Under the pieces are notes generated by a model. It did not search any database. It had not been told where the DNA came from and saw nothing but the letters and a program-made list of their open reading frames with translations. A DNA stretch of 58,589 nt from a virus (Duplodnaviria > Caudoviricetes): the IMG/VR virus record IMGVR_UViG_3300037046_000004, positions 1-58,589 of that record; one strand, 5' to 3'. Position 1 is the stretch's first letter. Each line of letters opens with the position of its first letter. This document shows, piece after piece, positions 37,919 through 46,348 of this stretch. A program made the translations under genes and the position numbers.

Positions 37919-37994
37919 CTTGAAAATAGGTCATCTTGTAAGTCTTTGGTGTTCAAGGACTTGAAAGATTGTTCGGAAATTCTGGGAAAAGGTC

Positions 37995-38022
37995 TTGCGG
38001 GCACAGTGGAAGCGGGTAATAT
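37995..38022 (+). promoter_or_regulatory. Promoter P5
   Basis: TTGCGG-16nt-TAATAT; shares GCGGGTAATAT with P1-P3. Confidence 0.6.
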
Positions 38023-38072
38023 TCCATTGTCGGGCAGCCATTCAGGCAGCCCAAAACGAAGGGGTGAAGACG

Positions 38073-39248
38073 ATGATGAACGCGAACGGAATGACGGCAA
38101 GCCGGGAATGGGCGGAACGCCCGGACGATGAACGCTTCTGGGACATGGCGGAACTTCACGCGGCGACAGCAAACCACAAGCGGCTTTCCGCAACAGCGGT
38201 CAGCCCGTGGGATGCGTTGCGTATCACGCTGACGGACAGCAAAGACGTTGCGCTGGTGGGCAAGGCTGGCGTGCCCGCCCGGTTCTCACACTACAGCTTC
38301 GGCCAGTTGTGCCGCCACGTGGGGGCACCGGCTTCCTACGTTCGCACGTTGCCCACGGGGCTTGTGGCTGACGTTCTGAACCACGGCTTACGGAACCGGG
38401 AGAACACCGGGAACAATGACGCTTCCCTGTTGCTTCGGAAGGGTGAAGAAGGCTACCAGCTTCAGGCGTGCTTGACGGAAGCCTACGGGCGTATCTGGAA
38501 CGTGAACGTGGTTCAGGCTGCCCAAGTGCTGACGGAACGCGGGTGGAAGGTTCCCCCGGCGCGTCCGCACAACGGCAACGTCAACCGGACCCGTAAGGCC
38601 ACCGAAGCGGACGTGATGCAGAACCGTTCACTGGGGCTGTCCATTCAGGTTGGTGACACCATCGGACCCGCTGGCCTGTACGCGTCTGACCATGATTTGT
38701 TTATGTTCTTGGTTGACGATGCCCACCCGATTGATGACGGCACCGGACACCCGTTGTTCCGTGGCACCATCATCCGCAACAGCGAAGTGGGTGACGCGAA
38801 GCTGACGGTTGCGGGCTTCATCCTGAACGGCGTGTGTGGCAACCACATCATTCACGGCTTCCAGTCCATCTTTGAAGTGGGCGTGATTCACAAGGGTGAA
38901 GAAGCGTGGGGGCGTGCCCGGCATCAGATTGCCGAATTCGCCATGAAGTACAGTCAGGCTTCAGCGCTGGAAGAACAGTCACGCATTCAGGCAGCCCGCA
39001 AGCTGGTACTGGGGAACACCCCGGAAGCGGTCATTGATGTGCTGTTCTCCAAGCGCATCACCACGCGTGCGTTCGCGGCTGTGGCAATCAAGGCGGCACA
39101 GGACCACGTTGAAGACCACCACGGAAACCCGCTGTCCGCTTGGGGCGTGGCGCAAGGCATCACACGCGCCAGTCAGACCACGGGCTACGCTGATGAACGG
39201 CATGACCTTGACCGGGCAGCGGGCAAGGTTCTTCAAATGGCGTTCTAG
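38073..39248 (+). CDS. DUF932/DUF945-like protein
   Basis: W..RP.DERF, FGQLC...GAPA.Y, LYASDHD.F.FL, RG.II.NSEVG, VCGNHII, W....G.T. Confidence 0.72.
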   Translation: MMNANGMTASREWAERPDDERFWDMAELHAATANHKRLSATAVSPWDALRITLTDSKDVALVGKAGVPARFSHYSFGQLCRHVGAPASYVRTLPTGLVADVLNHGLRNRENTGNNDASLLLRKGEEGYQLQACLTEAYGRIWNVNVVQAAQVLTERGWKVPPARPHNGNVNRTRKATEADVMQNRSLGLSIQVGDTIGPAGLYASDHDLFMFLVDDAHPIDDGTGHPLFRGTIIRNSEVGDAKLTVAGFILNGVCGNHIIHGFQSIFEVGVIHKGEEAWGRARHQIAEFAMKYSQASALEEQSRIQAARKLVLGNTPEAVIDVLFSKRITTRAFAAVAIKAAQDHVEDHHGNPLSAWGVAQGITRASQTTGYADERHDLDRAAGKVLQMAF

Positions 39249-39260
39249 TTCGGGGGAACG

Positions 39261-39300
39261 GGAACGCCCACCGTGGGGGGTGGGCGTTCCTTTGTTGTTT
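39261..39300 (+). terminator. Intrinsic terminator
   Basis: GGAACGCCCACC...GGTGGGCGTTCC followed by TTTGTTGTTT. Confidence 0.7.
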
Positions 39301-39323
39301 GACGCGGTTGAAAGGGGTGTATC

Positions 39324-39632
39324 ATGGCGAAGGTTACGGAACCGGTGGTCAAGGACTTGGACGCGTTGCAAGGTATCGTTCCCGGTGTCATCGTGGAAAG
39401 CGTCAGGTTCACCCCGGATAGTTACGGTGGGGCAGCGTGCTTCAAGGTCAGCGTGGGAACGGACAGAAGCACTATGAACGTGGGGTGGGTCAAGCCCGGA
39501 ACGAAGTCAGGGGCATGGTTCTATCAAACCCCGTGGGTGGGTGGTCCGCTGGGGTGGTCAACCAAAGCGGTGACGATTCTGACAGCATTGAAGCGAATGT
39601 GGACGGCAGCGGGACAGGTACGGATTAGTTGA
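39324..39632 (+). CDS. Hypothetical protein
   Basis: GAAAGGGGTGT RBS; 102 aa. Confidence 0.65.
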   Translation: MAKVTEPVVKDLDALQGIVPGVIVESVRFTPDSYGGAACFKVSVGTDRSTMNVGWVKPGTKSGAWFYQTPWVGGPLGWSTKAVTILTALKRMWTAAGQVRIS

Positions 39633-39685
39633 AGCGCTTGGGGTCCGCTGGGAATCACGTGCCGGGTTGCTCACCCCTTCACGGC

Positions 39686-41173
39686 ATGTACCGAACCCGG
39701 CGGACCCCAGACATTCAGCGTTCACCCTACACGGGGGCATACGTGCAAACGTCCGAACATACCACCCACCCGGAGAACGCCCCACAGCGGAAAGCTGTGC
39801 AAGCGCTGGGTCATCCCCAGCCGGGCACCCGGACCATGTGGGCACATCAGCGGGCTATGTTCGGTTACACGGTCAAGACCCAACACCCGGCGCTGTTTGT
39901 TGAAATGCGGCTGGGGAAGTGCTTGGTGACCATCCGCACGGTGCAGCGTTACCCGGCGGGGCGTGTCTTGGTGGTGGCACCGAATAGCGCTATTCCGTCT
40001 TGGGTGGATGAACTGAAGGCGGAAGGTGAAAACGCGGTGTGGGTCAAAGGCACCCGGCTTCATCGGTTGCGGGCGCTGGCTTCACGTCACCGCTGGTATG
40101 TGGTCAACCCGGAAGCCCACCGGTCCATTCCGCAACTTGCCCGGTTTGATTGGCTGGCGGTGGTCTTGGATGAATCCACGTTCATCAAGAACCCACGGGC
40201 ACAGGTCACGCGGTACTTCACGGAACGCTTCCGGCTTGTTTCCCATCGGTGGGTTCTGACCGGCACCCCGGCACCTGAAAAAGACTGGGATGTGTTTTGC
40301 CAACTTCAGTTCCTTGACGGGCAAGCGTTCGGGGTCCGCAACTTTTGGCAGTTCAGAACCAAATACTACAGCCCACCGCTTCAGCAAGGTGAATACGATT
40401 GGCAACCCAAGCCCGGCACGAAGCGTGCCGTGGGTCAGTACCTTCAGCGGCGGGCGTTCGTCATGCGAAGGCGTGACGTGGGTGTGGAAGCCCACCGGGT
40501 ATACGAACGGCGGGCGCTGGACTTCACCCCAGAAATGCGGAAGGCTTACACCACGGCTGAAAGGGACTTCGTGCTTGAACACCGGGGCAAGCGGATTGAT
40601 TCCACGGTGTGGGCAACACAGCGCTTCATCTGGATGCGGCGAATGTGCGGCGGCTTTGTTGGTGACCGGCTGGTGTGGGATGGGAAGTTCAGGGAACTTG
40701 AATCACTGGTGACCGGTGAACTTGCCGGTGAATCCGTGGTGGTGTGGTTTGAATACGTGAAGGAACTGACCACAGCGGCGGACCGGTTGCGGAAGCTGGG
40801 TGTGAACGTGCGAAGTCTTTGGGGCAAGGTCACACCCGAAGAACGGCTTGACGTGTTCCACGCGTTCCAGCGCGGGCGTGTGCGTGTGCTGTGTGTTCAG
40901 CATCAGGTTGCACAGATGGGGGCGAACCTGTCAGCCAGTGACACGGCAATTTATTTCAGCGCACCGTTGCCGTTGTTGGTGCGGAAGCAAACCGAAGATA
41001 GAATCCTGAACCTGAACAAGTCATCAAGTTTGCTGTACCTTGACCTTGCGGTGACCGATACCGTTGAAGCAGACATGTTGCAAGCGGTCCGGGCAAAGGG
41101 CTTACGGTCCGGGCTGTTGATGAACGCCAAGCTGTGGGCGGCAATAGGGGGGCGGCATCGTGAAGCGTCATAG
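39686..41173 (+). CDS. SNF2-family helicase (start uncertain; alternative ATG at 39836)
   Basis: HQ, EMRLGKC, LVVAP, LDES..IKNP, LTGTP, GANL, QTEDRI. Confidence 0.85.
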   Translation: MYRTRRTPDIQRSPYTGAYVQTSEHTTHPENAPQRKAVQALGHPQPGTRTMWAHQRAMFGYTVKTQHPALFVEMRLGKCLVTIRTVQRYPAGRVLVVAPNSAIPSWVDELKAEGENAVWVKGTRLHRLRALASRHRWYVVNPEAHRSIPQLARFDWLAVVLDESTFIKNPRAQVTRYFTERFRLVSHRWVLTGTPAPEKDWDVFCQLQFLDGQAFGVRNFWQFRTKYYSPPLQQGEYDWQPKPGTKRAVGQYLQRRAFVMRRRDVGVEAHRVYERRALDFTPEMRKAYTTAERDFVLEHRGKRIDSTVWATQRFIWMRRMCGGFVGDRLVWDGKFRELESLVTGELAGESVVVWFEYVKELTTAADRLRKLGVNVRSLWGKVTPEERLDVFHAFQRGRVRVLCVQHQVAQMGANLSASDTAIYFSAPLPLLVRKQTEDRILNLNKSSSLLYLDLAVTDTVEADMLQAVRAKGLRSGLLMNAKLWAAIGGRHREAS

Positions 41174-41696
41174 GATTCTGTTCGGCGGTGGTCAAGAGAA
41201 GGAAGGGGATTTACCCAACACGCTGTTTGTTGACCCCGGCTTGGGCGGCACCGGGTGGGCGTTCTTCCCGTTGATAACCAAGCACCCGCCCAAAGCGCTT
41301 CCCCCGGATTCGCACGGGTGCTTCAGACCGAAGCAAAGCCATTCATGGGAACTTCGGGCGTGTGAAGTTGGGGCATGGTTCCACGGTCTTCTTCGCGGCA
41401 CGGGCGTTCAACACGTGGTCATGGAATTCGCGGAAGTGTACCTGACAAACGCTGTCAGCATGTCAGCCGCCCAAAGCGGCGACTTGTTCAAGCTGGTGTA
41501 TCTGGTGGGCGTGCTGGGTGAAGTCACGCGGATGGAATGCGGGAACGCCCCCATTCTGGTGAAGCCCAAGGCATGGAAGGGACAGTTGCCGAAAGATGTA
41601 GTCATCAGGCGGCTTCAGGAAACTTTCGGGAAGCGGTTCCACCAGCACGAAGCGGACGCCGTGGGAATGGGCTTGGCTGCACAGGGATTGCTTTAG
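41160..41696 (+). CDS. RuvC-like Holliday junction resolvase
   Basis: VDPGLGGTGWA, VVME, P..WKG...K, HEADAVGM. Confidence 0.8.
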   Translation: MKRHRILFGGGQEKEGDLPNTLFVDPGLGGTGWAFFPLITKHPPKALPPDSHGCFRPKQSHSWELRACEVGAWFHGLLRGTGVQHVVMEFAEVYLTNAVSMSAAQSGDLFKLVYLVGVLGEVTRMECGNAPILVKPKAWKGQLPKDVVIRRLQETFGKRFHQHEADAVGMGLAAQGLL

Positions 41697-41716
41697 ACCG
41701 GCGGAAGGGGTGACGC

Positions 41717-42004
41717 GTGGGCAAGAAGAAAAAGAAAGTCTTGACCGCACCGGGAACATGCGTGGTGTGCGGTTCTGACCTGACGGTGAATGAACTTGGC
41801 GTGGTCATCGTATGTGATGCGTGCAAAGCGGCGGCACGGCATCCGGGCAAGGCTGCCCGAATCCTGACGGATATTTTCCAGCAACACACGGAACGGCTTG
41901 AACAGTTCCTTGCATTCAACGCCCCGTTGCCCGTTGTGGAACAAACGGACCGGGCGCGGTTGCAGGTTGCGAAGCGTCTTGACTACGCGCTGGGGTGCAA
42001 CTGA
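41717..42004 (+). CDS. Zn-finger hypothetical protein
   Basis: CVVC...CDAC; GAAGGGGTGA RBS. Confidence 0.65.
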   Translation: MGKKKKKVLTAPGTCVVCGSDLTVNELGVVIVCDACKAAARHPGKAARILTDIFQQHTERLEQFLAFNAPLPVVEQTDRARLQVAKRLDYALGCN

Positions 42005-42585
42005 TGACGCTGCCCATTGTCTTCACCCCGTGGCTTGACTGCCGCCGTTGCGGGCTGTGTGCGTTCCGGCGGAACGTGGTCTTGGGGCGTGGTCCGTGCC
42101 CGGCGCGTATCCTGATGATTGGTGAAGCACCGGGCAAGGCGGAAGACAGCCTTGGTGAACCGTTCGTGGGTCCATCCGGGCGCTTGCTTGAAGTAGGGTT
42201 GAAGGACGCGTTGCAGCAAGCCGGGCTTGCATTCCGTCCTTCCATCTTCATCACGAATATCGTGGCATGTAGACCAACGGACGAACGCGGCGGAATGAAC
42301 AGGGAACCTTCACCGGATGAAATCCGGGCTTGTAGCGAACGGGTCTTATTGACCGCTGAAGTGGTCAACCCGGAAGTGGTGGTGTTGCTTGGTGACGTTG
42401 CGGCACGTGGGTTCCGGCGGTTTGTGTTCCCCCGTGTTGTTCGCTTGCGGCACCCCGCATACGTTGCCCGCGAAGGCGGAACGGATTCAAGTGAATACGT
42501 GTCCTTTGTTCGTGGGCTGACGGAAATGTTGAAGGGGCTGAACATTCGCACGGTGCGAAAGAAAGGGGTGGGGTGTGGCAGTTAA
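42004..42585 (+). CDS. Uracil-DNA glycosylase, family 4 (Fe-S)
   Basis: C..C.LC..R..VV.GRG, IGEAPG..ED..G.PFVG.SG, ITN.V.CRP, NR.P..DEI.AC, HPAY. Confidence 0.9.
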   Translation: MTLPIVFTPWLDCRRCGLCAFRRNVVLGRGPCPARILMIGEAPGKAEDSLGEPFVGPSGRLLEVGLKDALQQAGLAFRPSIFITNIVACRPTDERGGMNREPSPDEIRACSERVLLTAEVVNPEVVVLLGDVAARGFRRFVFPRVVRLRHPAYVAREGGTDSSEYVSFVRGLTEMLKGLNIRTVRKKGVGCGS

Positions 42586-43597
42586 GAAGCTGAAGAAGAA
42601 GCCGCCGATGACTGGGGCAAGGCTTCGGGCAATCAAGATGCCCAAGACCAAGAAGGTCAGCGGTGACGTGACCGCTTACGATGTGGTCAAGGCTGGCATC
42701 AGTCACAGCACGTTGACAAGCTGGCTTGCGTGTCGCCAGCGTTGCGCGTTCAAGCTGGAAGGGTGGTCACGAATCGCACCGAAGGACGCGGCTGAATTCG
42801 GGAAGCTGTTCCACTACTACCTTGAACGGATGTATGGGATGATGTGCGGGGCGTCCGAAGTGGGCAAGCCACTAGGCACGGACAAAGACCGGGAGAAGAT
42901 GAAGGATTCCGTGGGCGTTTTCACGGACGAATACGAAAAGAAGAACGCGGCAACCATCAGCAATATTCAGGCGTGGGAAGTCATGGCGGCGACAGCGGAA
43001 GCCGTGTTCAAGTGTTACGTTGACGTGTGGTGGAAGGATGACACCAAGCGTTATGAATGGGTGGCGCTTGAAGCGGACTTCAAGCAACCGTTCAACGGCG
43101 TGATGTTGAAGGGCTACCGTGACGGGCTGTTCAGGTTCAAGGGTTCACTGTGGTTGCTGGAAACCAAGACCAAGGGGCGCATTGATTCCGAACTTGATGA
43201 CGCCATTTCTTTTGACGGACAGAATTTGTTTTACATCACCGCCACCGAAGAAGAAAAGAAGGAACCGGTTGCCGGGGCGCTTTACAACGTGGTGCGGCGT
43301 CCGGGCATTCAGGTCAAGAACGGCGAAGCCCCGAAGGACTACGCTGAACGTGTGGTCAGTGACATCATCAAACAGCCTGACCACTACTTCAAGCGCTACG
43401 TCATCACCTACGGGGAGAAGGTCAAGTCGCGGTTCCGTGCGGAACTGACGGCGAAGCTGGACGAATTCCAGAAGTGGCAAGCCGGGCAGTTGCCCACGTA
43501 CCGGAATGAATCCGCGTGCTTGGGAATCTTCAACTGTGAGTTTATCCAGCTTTGCGGCACCGGTTCCACAGCGGGCTACACGAAGGGGCGGGACTGA
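42575..43597 (+). CDS. PD-(D/E)XK exonuclease (RecB/Cas4-like)
   Basis: ISHS.L..W..C, FG.LFH, E..F, G..DGL, ETKT, Q..FY, C-terminal Cys cluster. Confidence 0.82.
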   Translation: MAVKKLKKKPPMTGARLRAIKMPKTKKVSGDVTAYDVVKAGISHSTLTSWLACRQRCAFKLEGWSRIAPKDAAEFGKLFHYYLERMYGMMCGASEVGKPLGTDKDREKMKDSVGVFTDEYEKKNAATISNIQAWEVMAATAEAVFKCYVDVWWKDDTKRYEWVALEADFKQPFNGVMLKGYRDGLFRFKGSLWLLETKTKGRIDSELDDAISFDGQNLFYITATEEEKKEPVAGALYNVVRRPGIQVKNGEAPKDYAERVVSDIIKQPDHYFKRYVITYGEKVKSRFRAELTAKLDEFQKWQAGQLPTYRNESACLGIFNCEFIQLCGTGSTAGYTKGRD

Positions 43598-44346
43598 TGA
43601 AACCGGAAACACGAAAAGCGCTTGAAGCTGTGTTTGACCAAGCGGTGACAGAAGACCGTGACCGCATCATGTTGAACGGGTGCAAGCAAGGTTGGGCGCT
43701 GTGCTTGGCGGACATGACGGCGGAACTTCGGGCAAGCGGTTGCCGGATGTTCACCGATGAAGGCGTGATGGAACTGATACAAGCCGTGTCCGCCAAGCGT
43801 CCATCATCCACCACGGCAGCAACCCCAGCAACGCACCCGCTGGCGCTGTACGTGAAGGATGCAATGCGAACCGAAAGCCGGGACTTCGGCGCAATCATTG
43901 ACCGGATGTGCGTGACTGGGGAACACGCGAAGCCGAACGTGGATATGCTTCGGTTGCTGCATTTCACGCTTGGGTTGTTGACTGAAACCGGGGAGTTTGC
44001 GGACGGGTTGAAGAAGTGCCTGTTCTACGGGAAGCCGTTGGACAAGACCAACCTGAAAGAAGAATTCGGTGACCTGAATTGGTATCTTGCCGGGCTGGCT
44101 GACGTGCTGGACGGAATGGGCGTGTGTACTTGGCCTGAAGCCCTTGACGCCAACATCCGCAAGCTGAAGGCACGATACCCAAACTTGTTCACCGAACAAA
44201 ACGCACTTCACCGGGATGTGAAGCGCGAACTGAACGAAGTGGGGGAACCCAAGGAGAACAAGAACAATGCCAGTCAAACGAATAGCACCGAACCGGGGAA
44301 GCCTTCCCCCGATGAAGCCCAAGACGCGGGGAAAGGTAGTAGCTGA
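43597..44346 (+). CDS. MazG-like nucleotide pyrophosphohydrolase
   Basis: LLH..LGL.TE.GEF.D..KK..FYGK.LD..NL.EE.GDL.WYLA, NI.KL.ARYP. Confidence 0.88.
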   Translation: MKPETRKALEAVFDQAVTEDRDRIMLNGCKQGWALCLADMTAELRASGCRMFTDEGVMELIQAVSAKRPSSTTAATPATHPLALYVKDAMRTESRDFGAIIDRMCVTGEHAKPNVDMLRLLHFTLGLLTETGEFADGLKKCLFYGKPLDKTNLKEEFGDLNWYLAGLADVLDGMGVCTWPEALDANIRKLKARYPNLFTEQNALHRDVKRELNEVGEPKENKNNASQTNSTEPGKPSPDEAQDAGKGSS

Positions 44347-45232
44347 AACCGTCACGGAAGGCTTCGCACTTCCAACGGCACCAAAAGAAGTAGTCATGGA
44401 CCTTCAGGCTTACACGTGCTTGGTGTACGGGCGGGAGAAGTGGGGCAAGACCACCTTTTTCAGTTCGTTCCCTGACGCGCTGTTCTTCAGCACGGAACCG
44501 GGCAGCAAGGGGCTTTCAATCTTTGACTTCAACAGCGAAGCCGGGGGCGTCAAGGATTGGGCAATCTTGCGGGCGGGCGTGAAGCTGTTGGTTGAGAACC
44601 CCGGTCAGTTCAAGTATGTCATCATTGACACCGTTGACCGGGCGTATGACATGTGCCTTGACTGGGTGTGTCAACAGTTCAAGATTCCCTACCCCGGAGA
44701 AGACACGCTTGGACGCGAAGACCACGGCAAAAGCTGGCGTGCGGTGAAGCAAGAATTCACCACCCAGATTCACACGCTTCTTCATGCCGGGTATGGTGTG
44801 GCGTTCACGTCACACGCGAAGGAAGCAACCATTCGTTCCCGGCACGGTGACGAATACAGCCGCATTTTCCCCACCATGTCCGGGCAAGCGCGGGGCGTGG
44901 TTGAAGCGCTGGTGGACATGTTCTTTTATGGGGAATACTACAAAGTGAACGGTGACACCGTGCGTGTCATGGTGACGGAAGGGGATGAAACGGTGTGGGC
45001 GGGTCACCGCCCCATTGCCGGGAAACGCCTTCCCCGGTTCATCCCGATTGATGAAGGCACAGGCTATCAGCGTTTGCTTGACGCGTTTGAAGGGAAGCCC
45101 GTAGGCATTGACCCCGGTGCCTTGCTTCCGTCAAAGGTGACAAGCAAGACCGGCGGCGAATTCGCCAAGCGGTCTAGTCTGATGCCGTCAGTGAAGCAAC
45201 CGTTGCGGGTGGTCCGCAAGGTCACGAAGTAG
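44267..45232 (+). CDS. Sak4-like AAA_24 ATPase (single-strand annealing)
   Basis: VYGREKWGKTT, IIDTVD, G.SW, F.SH. Confidence 0.8.
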   Translation: MPVKRIAPNRGSLPPMKPKTRGKVVAETVTEGFALPTAPKEVVMDLQAYTCLVYGREKWGKTTFFSSFPDALFFSTEPGSKGLSIFDFNSEAGGVKDWAILRAGVKLLVENPGQFKYVIIDTVDRAYDMCLDWVCQQFKIPYPGEDTLGREDHGKSWRAVKQEFTTQIHTLLHAGYGVAFTSHAKEATIRSRHGDEYSRIFPTMSGQARGVVEALVDMFFYGEYYKVNGDTVRVMVTEGDETVWAGHRPIAGKRLPRFIPIDEGTGYQRLLDAFEGKPVGIDPGALLPSKVTSKTGGEFAKRSSLMPSVKQPLRVVRKVTK

Positions 45233-45271
45233 GACGGGGGAAGCGGGAACACCCGCGAAGGAGTCAGTACA

Positions 45272-46276
45272 ATGGGAAACGGGTTTGAAAACGAACTGTC
45301 AGCCATGAACGCATCATGGAAGACAAAGAAGAAGGAACAGCCGGGGCTTCCTGAAGGCATTTACACGATGCGGCTGGTTGCCGCTACGCTTCAGAAAAGT
45401 CAGTCATCGGGCAAGATGATGATTCACCGGGAACACTTGGTCATTGACGGACCGATGAAAGGCGAACCGGCGCACGATTACTTGCACTTGGAAACGGACA
45501 ACGGTCCGTATTGGGTCAGCCAGTGGGTGGAACAGATGGGCTTCCAAAGCCCGGATGACCTGAACGAACTGCCCGAAGTGCTGGACGCAATCACACAGTC
45601 AGCACCCACGTACAACGCCCAAGTGAAAATCAGCGGCGACTTCCGCAACATCCGAATCAAGGAAGTGTTGACCACGGACGGCGCGGAAGCGGCGGCTGAA
45701 GTGGAACAGGAAGCGGCGGCACCGGCAGCCAAGGCGAAGCCAAGCGCGAAGCCCACGAAGCCCGCCAAGGCAACCCCAGCGGCGGCACCCGGCTTCAGCA
45801 CGGGTGACGCTGTGCAGTTCAAGGATGACCAAGGCAACGTGAACGTGGGCACCGTGTCCGAAGTTGCGGGCGACATGGCGAAGGTGGACGTTGACGGCAC
45901 GGAATGGGAAGTTCCCGTTGACGTGCTGGAACCCGCCGAAGAAGCCGCCACGGCTGACCCGAATCAGGAAGCCTTGACCAACTTCCTTCAGGCGCAAGGC
46001 GTGGAACCCACCGGCACCACCATTGCGGAACTGGTGGCGCAAGCGAATGAATACGAATGGGATGAAGCCCAACTGACCCCGGATGAAGTGGCGCTGTTGA
46101 AGGAATTGGGCATTGAATACAAGCCCAAAGCGGCGGCACCCAAGCCCGCACCGAAGGCACCCGCCAAAGCCGCCCCGGCTAAACCGGCAGCGGCGAAGCC
46201 CACCGCCAAACCCAGCGCGAAGCCCACGGCTGTGAAGCCGAAGGCTGCACCCGCGAAGGGCAAGGGCAAGAAGTAG
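45272..46276 (+). CDS. Single-stranded DNA-binding protein (DUF669-like) with extra C-terminal domains
   Basis: LPEG.Y, S.SSGK.M; follows the Sak4-like gene; Pro/Ala/Lys tail. Confidence 0.65.
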   Translation: MGNGFENELSAMNASWKTKKKEQPGLPEGIYTMRLVAATLQKSQSSGKMMIHREHLVIDGPMKGEPAHDYLHLETDNGPYWVSQWVEQMGFQSPDDLNELPEVLDAITQSAPTYNAQVKISGDFRNIRIKEVLTTDGAEAAAEVEQEAAAPAAKAKPSAKPTKPAKATPAAAPGFSTGDAVQFKDDQGNVNVGTVSEVAGDMAKVDVDGTEWEVPVDVLEPAEEAATADPNQEALTNFLQAQGVEPTGTTIAELVAQANEYEWDEAQLTPDEVALLKELGIEYKPKAAAPKPAPKAPAKAAPAKPAAAKPTAKPSAKPTAVKPKAAPAKGKGKK

Positions 46277-46293
46277 TCAGCATCCGTCAAGGT

Positions 46294-46324
46294 GGTGTGA
46301 CCCGGTGCAAAGCCGGGTCACACC
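46294..46324 (+). terminator. 12-bp hairpin between SSB and polA
   Basis: GGTGTGACCCGG-7nt-CCGGGTCACACC. Confidence 0.45.
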
Positions 46325-46348
46325 GTGGGGAAGGTGTGGGGTGGCACC

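Noticed and set aside
31392-38022. CRISPR array from the recurring 29-bp motif
   Set aside because: Copies are 0.9-2.3 kb apart, precede genes and have -35/-10 structure
42575-43597. Cas4 as part of a CRISPR system
   Set aside because: No cas1, cas2 or array; the context (Sak4-like, SSB) fits a recombination exonuclease
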